Of a stretch of 64,000 nt of DNA, positions 8,166 through 23,100 are shown piece after piece; position 1 is the first letter of the stretch, and each line of letters opens with the position of its first letter. Under the pieces are notes generated by a model. That model searched no databases and was not told the origin of the DNA. It worked only from the letters and a program-made list of their open reading frames with translations. The position numbers were made by a program, and so were the translations under genes. The DNA comes from Eledone cirrhosa (taxonomy: Eukaryota), in the NCBI GenBank assembly GCA_964016885.1, contig OZ024740.1, positions 46,376,001 to 46,440,000 on the forward strand, given 5' to 3'.

Positions 8166-11100
8166 TACTATAGTCACAACCTAGCCTAACAGAATTACAA
8201 TGTAACCTCTACTATAGCCACAACCCAGTCTAACAGAATTACAATGCAACCTCTACTATAGTCACAACCCAGTCTAACAGAATTACAATGCAACCTCTAC
8301 TATAGTCACAACCTAGTCTAACAGAATTACAATGTAACCTCTACTATAGTCACAACCTAGCCTAACAGAATTACAATGTAACCTCTACTATAGCCACAAC
8401 CTAGCCTAACAGAATTACAATGCAACCTCTACTATAGTCACAACCTAGTCTAACAGAATTACAATGTAACCTCTACTATAGTCACAACCTATCCTAACAG
8501 AATTACAATGTAACCTCTACTATAGCCACAACCTAGCCTAACAGAATTACAATGTAACCTCTACTATATCCACAACCCAGCCTGACAGAATTACAATGTA
8601 ACCTCTACTATAGCCACAACCCAGCCTAACAGAATTACAATGCAACCTCTACTATAGTCACAACCCAGTCTAACAGAATTACAATGTAACCTATACTATA
8701 GTCACAACCCAGCCTAACAGAATTACAATGTAACCTCTACTATAGCCACAACCCAGTCTAGCAGAATTACAATGTAACCTCTACTATAGCCACAACCCAG
8801 CCTAACAGAATTACAATGTAACCTCTACTATAGCCACAACCTAGTCTAACAGAATTACAATGTAACCTCTACTATAGCCACAACCCAGCCTAACAGAATT
8901 ACAATGTAACCTCTACTATAGCCACAACCTAGCCTAACAGAATTACAATCTAACCTCTACTATAGCCACAACCTAGTCTAACAGAATTACAATGTAACCT
9001 CTACTATAGCCACAACCTAGCCTAACAGAATTACAATGTAACCGCTACTATAGCCACAACCCATTCTAACAGAATTACAATGTAACCTCTACTATAGTCA
9101 CAACCCAGCCTAACAGAATTACAATGTAACCTCTACTATAGCCACAACCCAGTCTAACAGAATTACAATGTAACCTCTACTATAGCCACAACCCAGTCTA
9201 ACAGAATTACAATGTAACCTCTACTATAGCCACAACCCAGTCTAACAGAATTACAATGTAACCTCTACTATAGCCACAACCCAGTCTAACAGAATTACAA
9301 TGTAACCTCTACTATAGCCACAACCTAGCCTAACAGAATTACAATGTAACCTCTACTATAGCCACAACCTAGCCTAACAGAATTACAATGTAACCTCTAC
9401 TATAGTCACAACCCAGTCTAACAGAATTACAATGTAACCTCTACTATAGCCACAACCTAGCCTAACAGAATTACAATGTAACCTCTACTATAGCCACAAC
9501 CTAGCCTAACAGAATTACAATGTAACCTCTACTATAGTCACAACCCAGCCTAACAGAATTACAATGTAACCTCTACTATAGCCACAACCCAGTCTAACAG
9601 AATTACAATGTAACCTCTACTATAGCCACTACCCAGTCTAACAGAATTACAATGTAACCTCTACTATAGCCACAACCTAGCCTAACAGAATTACAATGTA
9701 ACCTCTACTATAGCCACAACCTAGCCTAACAGAATTACAATGTAACCTCTACTATAGCCACAACCCAGTCTAACAGAATTACAATGTAACCTCTACTATA
9801 GCCACAACCCAGTCTAACAGAATTACAATGTAACCTCTACTATAGCCACAACCCAACCTAACAGAATTACAATGTAACCTCTACTATAGCCACAACCCAG
9901 TCTAACAGAATTACAATGTAACCTCTACTATAGCCACAACCTAGCCTAACAGTATAACAATGTAACCTCTACTATAGCCACAACCTAGCTTAACAGAATT
10001 ACAATGTAACCTCTACTATAGCCACAACCTAGCCTAACAGAATTACAATGTAACCTCTACTATAGCCACAACCTAGCCTAACAGAATTACAATGTAACCT
10101 CTACTATAGCCACAACCTAGCCTAACAGAATTACAATGTAACCTCTACTATAGCCACAATCTAGCTTAACAGAATTACAATGTAACCTCTACTATAGCCA
10201 CAACCTAGCCTAACAGAATTACAATGTAACCTCTACTATAGCCACAACCCAGCCTAACAGAATTACAATGTAACCTCTACTATAGCCACAACCTAGCCTA
10301 ACAAAATTACAATGTAACCTCTACTATAGCCACAACCTAGCCTAACAGAATTACAATGTAACCTCTACTATAGCCACAACCTAGTCTAACAGAATTACAA
10401 TGTAACCTCTACTATAGCCACAACCCAGCCTAACAGAATTACAATGTAACCTCTACTATAGCCACAACCCAGCCTAACAGAATTACAATGTAACCTCTAC
10501 TATAGCCACAACCTAGTCTAGCAGAATTACAATGTAAACTCTACTATAGCCACAACCTAGTCTAACAGAATTACAATGTAACCTCTACTATAGCCACAAC
10601 CTAGCCTAACAGAATTACAATGTAACCTCTACTATAGCCACAACCTAGCCTAACAGAATTACAATGTAACCTCTACTATAGCCACAACCTAGCCTAACAG
10701 AATTACAATGTAACCTCTACTATAGCCACAACCCAGTCTAACAGAATTACAATGTAACCTCTACTATAGTCACAACCCAGCCTAACAGAATTACAATGTA
10801 ACCTCTACTATAGCCACGACCCAGCCTAACAGAATTACAATGTAACGTCTACTATAGCCACAACCTAGCCTAACAGAATTACAATGTAACCTCTACTATA
10901 GCCACAACCTAGCCTAACAGAAAAACAATGTAACCGCTACTATAGCCACAACCCATTCTAACAGAATTACAATGTAACCTCTACTATAGTCACAACCCAG
11001 CCTAACAGAATTACAATGTAACCTCTACTATAGCCACAACCCAGTCTAACAGAATTACAATGTAACCTCTACTATAGCCACAACCCAGTCTAACAGAATT

Positions 11101-14100
11101 ACAATGTAACCTCTACTATAGCCACAACCCAGTCTAACAGAATTACAATGTAACCTCTACTATAGCCACAACCCAGCCTAACAGAATTACAATGTAACCT
11201 CTACTATAGCCACAACCCAGTCTAACAAAATTACAATGTAACCTCTACTATAGCCACAACCCAGTCTAACAGAATTACAATGTAACCTCTACTATAGCCA
11301 CAACCCAGTCTAACAGAATTACAATGTAACCTCTACTATAGCCACAACCCAGTCTAACAGAATTACAATGTAACCTCTACTATAGCCACAACCCATTCTA
11401 ACAGAATTACAATGTAACCTCTACTATAGTCACAACCCAGCCTAACAGAATTACAATGTAACCTCTACTATAGCCACAACCCAGTCTAACAGAATTACAA
11501 TGTAACCTCTACTATAGCCACAACCCAGTCTAACAGAATTACAATGTAACCTCTACTATAGCCACAACCTAGCCTAACAGAATTACAATGTAACCTCTAC
11601 TATAGCCACAACCTAGCCTAACAGAATTACAATGTAACCTCTACTATAGTCACAACCCAGCCTAACAGAATTACAATGTAACCTCTACTATAGCCACAAC
11701 CCAGTCTAACAGAATTACAATGTAAACTCTACTATAGCCACAACCCAGTCTAACAGAATTACAATGTAACCTCTACTACAGCCACAACCTAGCCTATCAG
11801 AATTACAATGTAACCTCTACTATAGCCACAACCTAGCCTAACAGAATTACAATGTAACCTCTACTATAGCCACAACCCAGCCTAACAGAATTACAATGTA
11901 ACCTCTACTATAGTCACAACCCAGCCTAACAGAATTACAATGTAACCTCTACTATAGCCACAACCTAGCCTAACAGAATTACAATGTAACCTCTACTATA
12001 GCCACAACCCAGCCTAACAGAATTACAATGTAACCTCTACTATAGCCACAACCTAGCCTAACAGAATTACAATGTAACCTCTACTATAGCCACAACCTAG
12101 CCTAACAGAATTACAATGTAACCTCTACTATAGCCACAACCTAGCCTAACAGAATTACAATGTAACCTCTACTATAGCCACAACCTAGCCTAACAGAATT
12201 ACAATGTAACCTCTACTATAGCCACAACCTAGCCTAACAGAATTACAATGTAACCTCTACTATAGCCACAACCTAGCCTAACAGAATTACAATGTAACCT
12301 CTACTATAGCCACAACCTAGCCTAACAGAATTACAATGTAACCTCTACTATAGCCACAACCTAGCCTAACAGAATTACAATGTAACCTCTACTATAGCCA
12401 CAACACAGCCTAACAGAATTACAATGTAACCTCTACTATAGCCACAACCCAGCCTAACAGAATTACAATGTAACCTCTACTATAGCCACAACCCAGCCTA
12501 ACAGAATTACAATGTAACCTCTACTATAGCCACAACCCAGTCTAACAGAATTACAATGTAACCTCTACTATAGCCACAACCCAGCCTAACAGAATTACAA
12601 TGTAACCTCTACTATAGCCACAACCCTGCCTAACAGAATTACAATGTAACCCCTACTATAGCCACAACCCAGTCTAACAGAATTACAATGTAACCTCTAC
12701 TATAGCCACAACCCAGTCTAACAGAATTACAATGTAACCTCTACTATAGCCACAACCCAACCTAACAGCAGAATTACAATGTAACCTCTACTATAGCCAC
12801 AACCCAGCCTAACAGAATTACAATGTAACCTCTACTATAGCCACAACCCAGTCTAACAGAATTACAATGTAACCTCTACTATAGCCACAACCCAGTCTAA
12901 CAGAATTACAATGTAACCTCTACTATAGCCACAACCCAGTCTAAAAGAATTACAATGTAACCTCTACTATAGCCACAACCCAGTCTAACAGAATTACAAT
13001 GTAACCTCTACTATAGCCACAACCCAGTCTAACAGAATTACAATGTAACCTCTACTATAGCCACAACCCAGCCTAACAGAATTACAATGTAACCTCTACT
13101 ATAGCCACAACCCAGTCTAACAGAATTACAATGTAACCTCTACTATAGCCACAACCCAGTCTAACAGAATTACAATGTAACCTCTACTATAGCCACAACC
13201 CAGTCTAACAGAATTACAATGTAACCTCTACTATAGCCACAACCCAGTCTAACAGAATTACAATGTAACCTCTACTATAGCCACAACCCAACCTAACAGC
13301 AGAATTACAATGTAACCTCTACTATAGCCACAACCCAGTCTAACAGAATTACAATGTAACCTCTACTATAGCCACAACCCAACCTAACAGCAGAATTACA
13401 ACGTAACCTCTACTATAGCCACAACCCAGCCTAACAGAATTACAATGTAACCTCTACTATAGCCACAACCCTGCCTAACAGAATTACAATGTAACCCCTA
13501 CTATAGCCACAACCCTGCCTAACAGAATTACAATGTAACCCCTACTATAGCCACAACCCAGTCTAACAGAATTACAATGTAACCTCTACTATAGCCACAA
13601 CCCAGTCTAACAGAATTACAATGTAACCTCTACTATAGCCACAACCCAACCTAACAGCAGAATTACAATGTAACCTCTACTATAGACACAACCCAGCCTA
13701 ACAGAATTACAATGTAACCTCTACTATAGCCACAACCCAGTCTAACAGAATTACAATGTAACCTCTACTATAGCCACAACCCAGTCTAACAGAATTACAA
13801 TCTAACCTCTACTATAGCCACAACCCAGTCTAACAGAATTACACTGTAACCTCTACTATAGCCACAACCCAGTCTAACAGAATTACAATGTAACCTCTAC
13901 TATAGCCACAACAGAGTCTAACAGAATTACAATGTAACCTCTACTATAGCCACAACCCAGCCTAACAGAATTACAATGCAACCTCTACTATAGTCACAAC
14001 CCAGTCTAACAGAATTACAATGTAACCTCTACTATAGTCACAACCCAGCCTAACAGAATTACAATGTAACCTCTACTATAGCCACAACCCAGTCTAGCAG

Positions 14101-17100
14101 AATTACAATGTAACCTCTACTATAGCCACAACCCAGCCTAACAGAATTACAATGTAACCTCTACTATAGCCACAACCTAGTCTAACAGAATTACAATGTA
14201 ACCTCTACTATAGCCACAACCCAGTCTAACAGAATTACAATGTAACCTCTACTATAGCCACAACCCAGTCTAACAGAATTACAATGTAACCTCTACTATA
14301 GCCACAACCCAGCCTAACAGAATTACAATGTAACCTCTACTATAGCCACAACCCAGTCTAACAGAATTACAATGTAACCTCTACTATAGCCACAACCCAG
14401 TCTAACAGAATTACAATGTAACCTCTACTATAGCCACAACCCAGTCTAACAGAATTACAATGTAACCTCTACTATAGCCACAACCCAGTCTAACAGAATT
14501 ACAATGTAACCTCTACTATAGCCACAACCCAACCTAACAGCAGAATTACAATGTAACCTCTACTATAGCCACAACCCAGTCTAACAGAATTACAATGTAA
14601 CCTCTACTATAGCCACAACCCAACCTAACAGCAGAATTACAACGTAACCTCTACTATAGCCACAACCCAGCCTAACAGAATTACAATGTAACCTCTACTA
14701 TAGCCACAACCCTGCCTAACAGAATTACAATGTAACCCCTACTATAGCCACAACCCTGCCTAACAGAATTACAATGTAACCCCTACTATAGCCACAACCC
14801 AGTCTAACAGAATTACAATGTAACCTCTACTATAGCCACAACCCAGTCTAACAGAATTACAATGTAACCTCTACTATAGCCACAACCCAACCTAACAGCA
14901 GAATTACAATGTAACCTCTACTATAGACACAACCCAGCCTAACAGAATTACAATGTAACCTCTACTATAGCCACAACCCAGTCTAACAGAATTACAATGT
15001 AACCTCTACTATAGCCACAACCCAGTCTAACAGAATTACAATCTAACCTCTACTATAGCCACAACCCAGTCTAACAGAATTACACTGTAACCTCTACTAT
15101 AGCCACAACCCAGTCTAACAGAATTACAATGTAACCTCTACTATAGCCACAACAGAGTCTAACAGAATTACAATGTAACCTCTACTATAGCCACAACCCA
15201 GCCTAACAGAATTACAATGCAACCTCTACTATAGTCACAACCCAGTCTAACAGAATTACAATGTAACCTCTACTATAGTCACAACCCAGCCTAACAGAAT
15301 TACAATGTAACCTCTACTATAGCCACAACCCAGTCTAGCAGAATTACAATGTAACCTCTACTATAGCCACAACCCAGCCTAACAGAATTACAATGTAACC
15401 TCTACTATAGCCACAACCTAGTCTAACAGAATTACAATGTAACCTCTACTATAGCCACAACCCAGCCTAACAGAATTACAATGTAACCTCTCCTATAGCC
15501 ACAACCTAGCCTAACAGAATTACAATGTAACCTCTACTATAGCCACAACCTAGTCTAACAGAATTACAATGTAACCTCTACTATAGCCACAACCTAGCCT
15601 AACAGAATTACAATGTAACCGCTACTATAGCCACAACACATTCTAACAGAATTACAATGTAACCTCTACTATAGTCACAACCCAGCCTAACAGAATTACA
15701 ATGTAACCTCTACTATAGCCACAACCCAGTCTAACAGAATTACAATGTAACCTCTACTATAGCCACAACCCAGTCTAACAGAATTACAATGTAACCTCTA
15801 CTATAGCCACAACCCAGTCTAACAGAATTACAATGTAACCTCTACTATAGCCACAACCCAGTCTAACAGAATTACAATGTAACCTCTACTATAGCCACAA
15901 CCTAGCCTAACAGAATTACAATGTAACCTCTACTATAGCCACAACCTAGCCTAACAGAATTACAATGTAACCTCTACTATAGTCACAACCCAGTCTAACA
16001 GAATTACAATGTAACCTCTACTATAGCCACAACCTAGCCTAACAGAATTACAATGTAACCTCTACTATAGCCACAACCTAGCCTAACAGAATTACAATGT
16101 AACCTCTACTATAGTCACAACCCAGCCTAACAGAATTACAATGTAACCTCTACTATAGCCACAACCCAGTCTAACAGAATTACAATGTAACCTCTACTAT
16201 AGCCACAACCCAGTCTAACAGAATTACAATGTAACCTCTAGTATAGCCACAACCTAGCCTAACAGAATTACAATGTAACCTCTACTATAGCCACAACCTA
16301 GCCTAACAGAATTACAATGTAACCTCTACTATAGCCACAACCCAGACTAACAGAATTACAATGTAACCTCTACTATAGCCACAACCCAGTCTAACAGAAT
16401 TACAATGTAACCTCTACTATAGCCACAACCCAACCTAACAGCAGAATTACAATGTAACCTCTACTATAGCCACAACCCAGTCTAACAGAATTACAATGTA
16501 ACCTCTACTATAGCCACAACCCAGTCTAACAGAATTACAATGTAACCTCTACTATAGCCACAACCCAACCTAACAGCAGAATTACAACGTAACCTCTACT
16601 ATAGCCACAACCCAGCCTAACAGAATTACAATGTAACCTCTACTATAGCCACAACCCTGCCTAACAGAATTACAATGTAACCCCTACTATAGCCACAACC
16701 CAGTCTAACAGAATTACAATGTAACCTCTACTATAGCCACAACCCAGTCTAACAGAATTACAATGTAACCTCTACTATAGCCACAACCTAGCCTAACAGA
16801 ATTACAATGTAACCTCTACTATAGCCACAACCTAGCTTAACAGAATTACAATGTAACCTCTACTATAGCCACAACCTAGCCTAACAGAATTACAATGTAA
16901 CCTCTACTATAGCCACAACCTAGCCTAACAGAATTACAATGTAACCTCTACTATAGCCACAATCTAGCTTAACAGAATTACAATGTAACCTCTACTATAG
17001 CCACAACCTAGCCTAACAGAATTACAATGTAACCTCTACTACAGCCACAACCCAGCCTAACAGAATTACAATGTAACCTCTACTATAACCACAACCTAGC

Positions 17101-20100
17101 CTAACAGAATTACAATGTAACCTCTACTATAGCCACAACCTAGCCTAACAGAATTACAATGTAACCTCTACTATAGCCACAACCTAGCTTAACGGAATTA
17201 CAATGTAACCTCTACTATAGCCACAACCCAGCCTAACAGAATTACAATGTAACCTCTACTATAGCCACAACCCAGTCTAACAGAATTACAATGTAACCTC
17301 TACTATAGCCACAACCCAGTCTAACAGAATTACAATGTAACCTCTACTATAGCCACAACCTAGCCTAACAGAATTACAATGTAACCTCTACTATAGCCAC
17401 AACCTAGCCTAACAGAATTACAATGTAACCTCTACTATAGTCACAACCCAGTCTAACAGAATTACAATGTAACCTCTACTATAGCCACAACCTAGCCTAA
17501 CAGAATTACAATGTAACCTCTACTATAGCCACAACCTAGCCTAACAGAATTACAATGTAACCTCTACTATAGTCACAACCCAGCCTAACAGAATTACAAT
17601 GTAACCTCTACTATAGCCACAACCCAGTCTAACAGAATTACAATGTAACCTCTACTATAGCCACAACCCAGTCTAACAGAATTACAATGTAACCTCTAGT
17701 ATAGCCACAACCTAGCCTAACAGAATTACAATGTAACCTCTACTATAGCCACAACCTAGCCTAACAGAATTACAATGTAACCTCTACTATAGCCACAACC
17801 CAGACTAACAGAATTACAATGTAACCTCTACTATAGCCACAACCCAGTCTAACAGAATTACAATGTAACCTCTACTATAGCCACAACCCAACCTAACAGC
17901 AGAATTACAATGTAACCTCTACTATAGCCACAACCCAGTCTAACAGAATTACAATGTAACCTCTACTATAGCCACAACCCAGTCTAACAGAATTACAATG
18001 TAACCTCTACTATAGCCACAACCCAACCTAACAGCAGAATTACAACGTAACCTCTACTATAGCCACAACCCAGCCTAACAGAATTACAATGTAACCTCTA
18101 CTATAGCCACAACCCTGCCTAACAGAATTACAATGTAACCCCTACTATAGCCACAACCCAGTCTAACAGAATTACAATGTAACCTCTACTATAGCCACAA
18201 CCCAGTCTAACAGAATTACAATGTAACCTCTACTATAGCCACAACCTAGCCTAACAGAATTACAATGTAACCTCTACTATAGCCACAACCTAGCTTAACA
18301 GAATTACAATGTAACCTCTACTATAGCCACAACCTAGCCTAACAGAATTACAATGTAACCTCTACTATAGCCACAACCTAGCCTAACAGAATTACAATGT
18401 AACCTCTACTATAGCCACAATCTAGCTTAACAGAATTACAATGTAACCTCTACTATAGCCACAACCTAGCCTAACAGAATTACAATGTAACCTCTACTAC
18501 AGCCACAACCCAGCCTAACAGAATTACAATGTAACCTCTACTATAACCACAACCTAGCCTAACAGAATTACAATGTAACCTCTACTATAGCCACAACCTA
18601 GCCTAACAGAATTACAATGTAACCTCTACTATAGCCACAACCTAGCTTAACGGAATTACAATGTAACCTCTACTATAGCCACAACCCAGCCTAACAGAAT
18701 TACAATGTAACCTCTACTATAGCCACAACCCAGTCTAACAGAATTACAATGTAACCTCTACTATAGCCACAACCCAGTCTAACAGAATTACAATGTAACC
18801 TCTACTATAGCCACAACCAAGCCTAACAGAATTACAATGTAACCTCTACTATAGCCACAACCTAGCCTAACAGAATTACAATGTAACCTCTACTATAGCC
18901 ACAACCTAGCCTAACAGAATTACAATGTAACCTCTACTATAGCCACAGCCTAGCCTAACAGAATTACAATGTAACCTCTACTATAGCCACAACCCAGTCT
19001 AACAGAATTACAATGTAACCTCTACTATAGCCACAACCCAGCCTAACAGAATTACAATGTAACCTCTACTATAGCCACAACCTAGTCTAACAGAATTACA
19101 ATGTAACCTCTACTATAGCCACAACCCAGCCTAACAGAATTACAATGTAACCTCTACTATAGCCACAACCTAGTCTAGCAGAATTACAATGTAACCTCTA
19201 CTATAGCCACAACCCAGTCTAACAGAATTACAATGTAACCTCTACTATAGCCACAACCTAGTCTAACAGAATTACAATGTAACCTCTACTATAGCCACAA
19301 CCTAGCCTAACAGAATTACAATGTAACCTCTACTATAGCCACAACCTAGCCTAACAGAATTACAATGTAACCTCTACTATAGTCACAACCCAGCCTAACA
19401 GAATTACAATGTAACCTCTACTATAGCCACAACCCAGTCTAACAGAATTACAATGTAACCTCTACTACAGCCACAACCCAGTCTAACAGAATTACAATGT
19501 AACCTCTACTATAGCCACAACCTAGCCTATCAGAATTACAATGTAACCTCTACTATACCCACAACCCATTCTAACAGAATTACAATGTAACCTCTACTAT
19601 AGTCACAACCCAGCCTAACAGAATTACAATGTAACCTCTACTATAGTCACAACCCAGCCTAACAGAATTACAATGTAACCTCTACTATAGCCACAACCTA
19701 GCCTAACAGAATTACAATGTAACCTCTACTATAGCCACAACCTAGCCTAACAGAATTACAATGTAACCTCTACTATAGCCACAACCTAGCCTAACAGAAT
19801 TACAATGTAACCTCTACTATAGTCACAACCCAGCCTAACAGAATTACAATGTAACCTCTACTATAGCCACAACCCAGTCTAACAGAATTACAATGTAACC
19901 TCTACTATAGCCACAACCCAGTCTAACAGAATTACAATGTAACCTCTACTATAGCCACAACCTAGCCTATCAGAATTACAATGTAACCTCTACTATAGCC
20001 ACAACCCATTCTAACAGAATTACAATGTAACCTCTACTATAGTCACAACCCAGCCTAACAGAATTACAATGTAACCTCTACTATAGCCACAACCCAGTCT

Positions 20101-23100
20101 AACAGAATTACAATGTAACCTCTACTATAGCCACAACCCAGTCTAACAGAATTACAATGTAACCTCTACTATAGCCACAACCTAGCCTAACAGAATTACA
20201 ATGTAACCTCTACTATAGCCACAACCTAGCCTAACAGAATTACAATGTAACCTCTACTATAGTCACAACCCAGCCTAACAGAATTACAATGTAACCTCTA
20301 CTATAGCCACAACCCAGTCTAACAGAATTACAATGTAAACTCTACTATAGCCACAACCCAGTCTAACAGAATTACAATGTAACCTCTACTATAGCCACAA
20401 CCTAGCCTATCAGAATTACAATGTAACCTCTACTATAGCCACAACCTAGCCTAACAGAATTACAATGTAACCTCTACTATAGTCACAACCCAGCCTAACA
20501 GAATTACAATGTAACCTCTACTATAGTCACAACCCAGCCTAACAGAATTACAATGTAACCTCTACTATAGCCACAACCTAGCCTAACAGAATTACAATGT
20601 AACCTCTACTATAGCCAAAACCCAGCCTAACAGAATTACAATGTAACCTCTACTATAGCCACAACCTAGCCTAACAGAATTACAATGTAACCTCTACTAT
20701 AGCCTCCAACCTAGCCTAACAGAATTACAATGTAACCTCTACTATAGCCACAACCTAGCCTAACAGAATTACAATGTAACCTCTACTATAGCCACAACCT
20801 AGCCTAACAGAATTACAATGTAACCTCTACTATAGCCACAACCTAGCCTAACAGAATTACAATGTAACCTCTACTATAGCCACAACCTAGCCTAACAGAA
20901 TTACAATGTAACCTCTACTATAGCCACAACCTAGCCTAACAGAATTACAATGTAACCTCTACTATAGCCACAACCTAGCCTAACAGAATTACAATGTAAC
21001 CTCTACAATAGCCACAACACAGCCTAACAGAATTACAATGTAACCTCTACTATAGCCACAACCCAGCCTAACAGAATTACAATGTAACCTCTACTATAGC
21101 CACAACCCAGCCTAACAGAATTACAATGTAACCTCTACTATAGCCACAACCCAGCCTAACAGAATTACAATGTAACCTCTACTATAGCCACAACCCTGCC
21201 TAACAGAATTACAATGTAACCCCTACTATAGCCACAACCCAGTCTAACAGAATTACAATGTAACCTCTACTATAGCCACAACCCAATCTAACAGAATTAC
21301 AATGTAACCTCTACTATAGCCACAACCCAACCTAACAGCAGAATTACAATGTAACCTCTACTATAGCCACAACCCAGCCTAACAGAATTACAATGTAACC
21401 TCTACTATAGCCACAACCCAGTCTAACAGAATTACAATGTAACCTCTACTATAGCCACAACCCAGTCTAACAGAATTACAATGTAAGCTCTACTATAGCC
21501 ACAACCCAGTCTAAAAGAATTACAATGTAACCTCTACTATAGCCACAACCCAGTCTAACAGAATTACAATGTAACCTCTATATAGCCACAACCCAGTCTA
21601 ACAGAATTACAATGTAACCTCTACTATAGCCACAACCCAGCCTAACAGAATTACAATGTAACCTCTACTATAGCCACAACCCAGTCTAACAGAATTACAA
21701 TGTAACCTCTACTATAGCCACAACCCAGTCTAACAGAATTACAATGTAACCTCTACTATAGCCACAACCCAGTCTAACAGAATTACAATGTAACCTCTAC
21801 TATAGCCACAACCCAGTCTAACAGAATTACAATGTAACCTCTACTATAGCCACAACCCAACCTAACAGCAGAATTACAATGTAACCTCTACTATAGCCAC
21901 AACCCAGTCTAACAGAATTACAATGTAACCTCTACTATAGCCACAACCCAGTCTAACAGAATTACAATGTAACCTCTACTATAGCCACAACCCAACCTAA
22001 CAGCAGAATTACAACGTAACCTCTACTATAGCCACAACCCAGCCTAACAGAATTACAATGTAACCTCTACTATAGCCACAACCCTGCCTAACAGAATTAC
22101 AATGTAACCCCTACTATAGCCACAACCCAGTCTAACAGAATTACAATGTAACCTCTACTATAGCCACAACCTAGTCTAACAGAATTACAATGTAACCTCT
22201 ACTATAGCCACAACCTAGCCTAACAGAATTACAATGTAACCTCTACTATAGCCACAACCTAGCCTAACAGAATTACAATGTAACCTCTACTATAGTCACA
22301 ACCCAGCCTAACAGAATTACAATGTAACCTCTACTATAGCCACAACCCAGTCTAACAGAATTACAATGTAACCTCTACTATAGCCACAACCCAGTCTAAC
22401 AGAATTACAATGTAACCTCTACTATAGCCACAACCTAGCCTATCAGAATTACAATGTAACCTCTACTATAGCCACAACCCATTCTAACAGAATTACAATG
22501 TAACCTCTACTATAGTCACAACCCAGCCTAACAGAATTACAATGTAACCTCTACTATAGTCACAACCCAGCCTAACAGAATTACAATGTAACCTCTACTA
22601 TAGCCACAACCTAGCCTAACAGAATTACAATGTAACCTCTACTATAGCCACAACCTAGCCTAACAGAATTACAATGTAACCTCTACTATAGCCACAACCT
22701 AGCCTAACAGAATTACAATGTAACCTCTACTATAGCCACAACCCAGTCTAACAGAATTAGAATGTAACCTCTACTATAGCCACAACCCAGTCTAACAGAA
22801 TTACAATGTAACCTCTACTATAGCCACAACCTAGCCTATCAGAATTACAATGTAACCTCTACTATAGCCACAACCCATTCTAACAGAATTACAATGTAAC
22901 CTCTACTATAGTCACAACCCAGCCTAACAGAATTACAATGTAACCTCTACTATAGCCACAACCCAGTCTAACAGAATTACAATGTAACCTCTACTATAGC
23001 CACAACCCAGTCTAACAGAATTACAATGTAACCTCTACTATAGCCACAACCTAGCCTAACAGAATTACAATGTAACCTCTACTATAGCCACAACCTAGCC

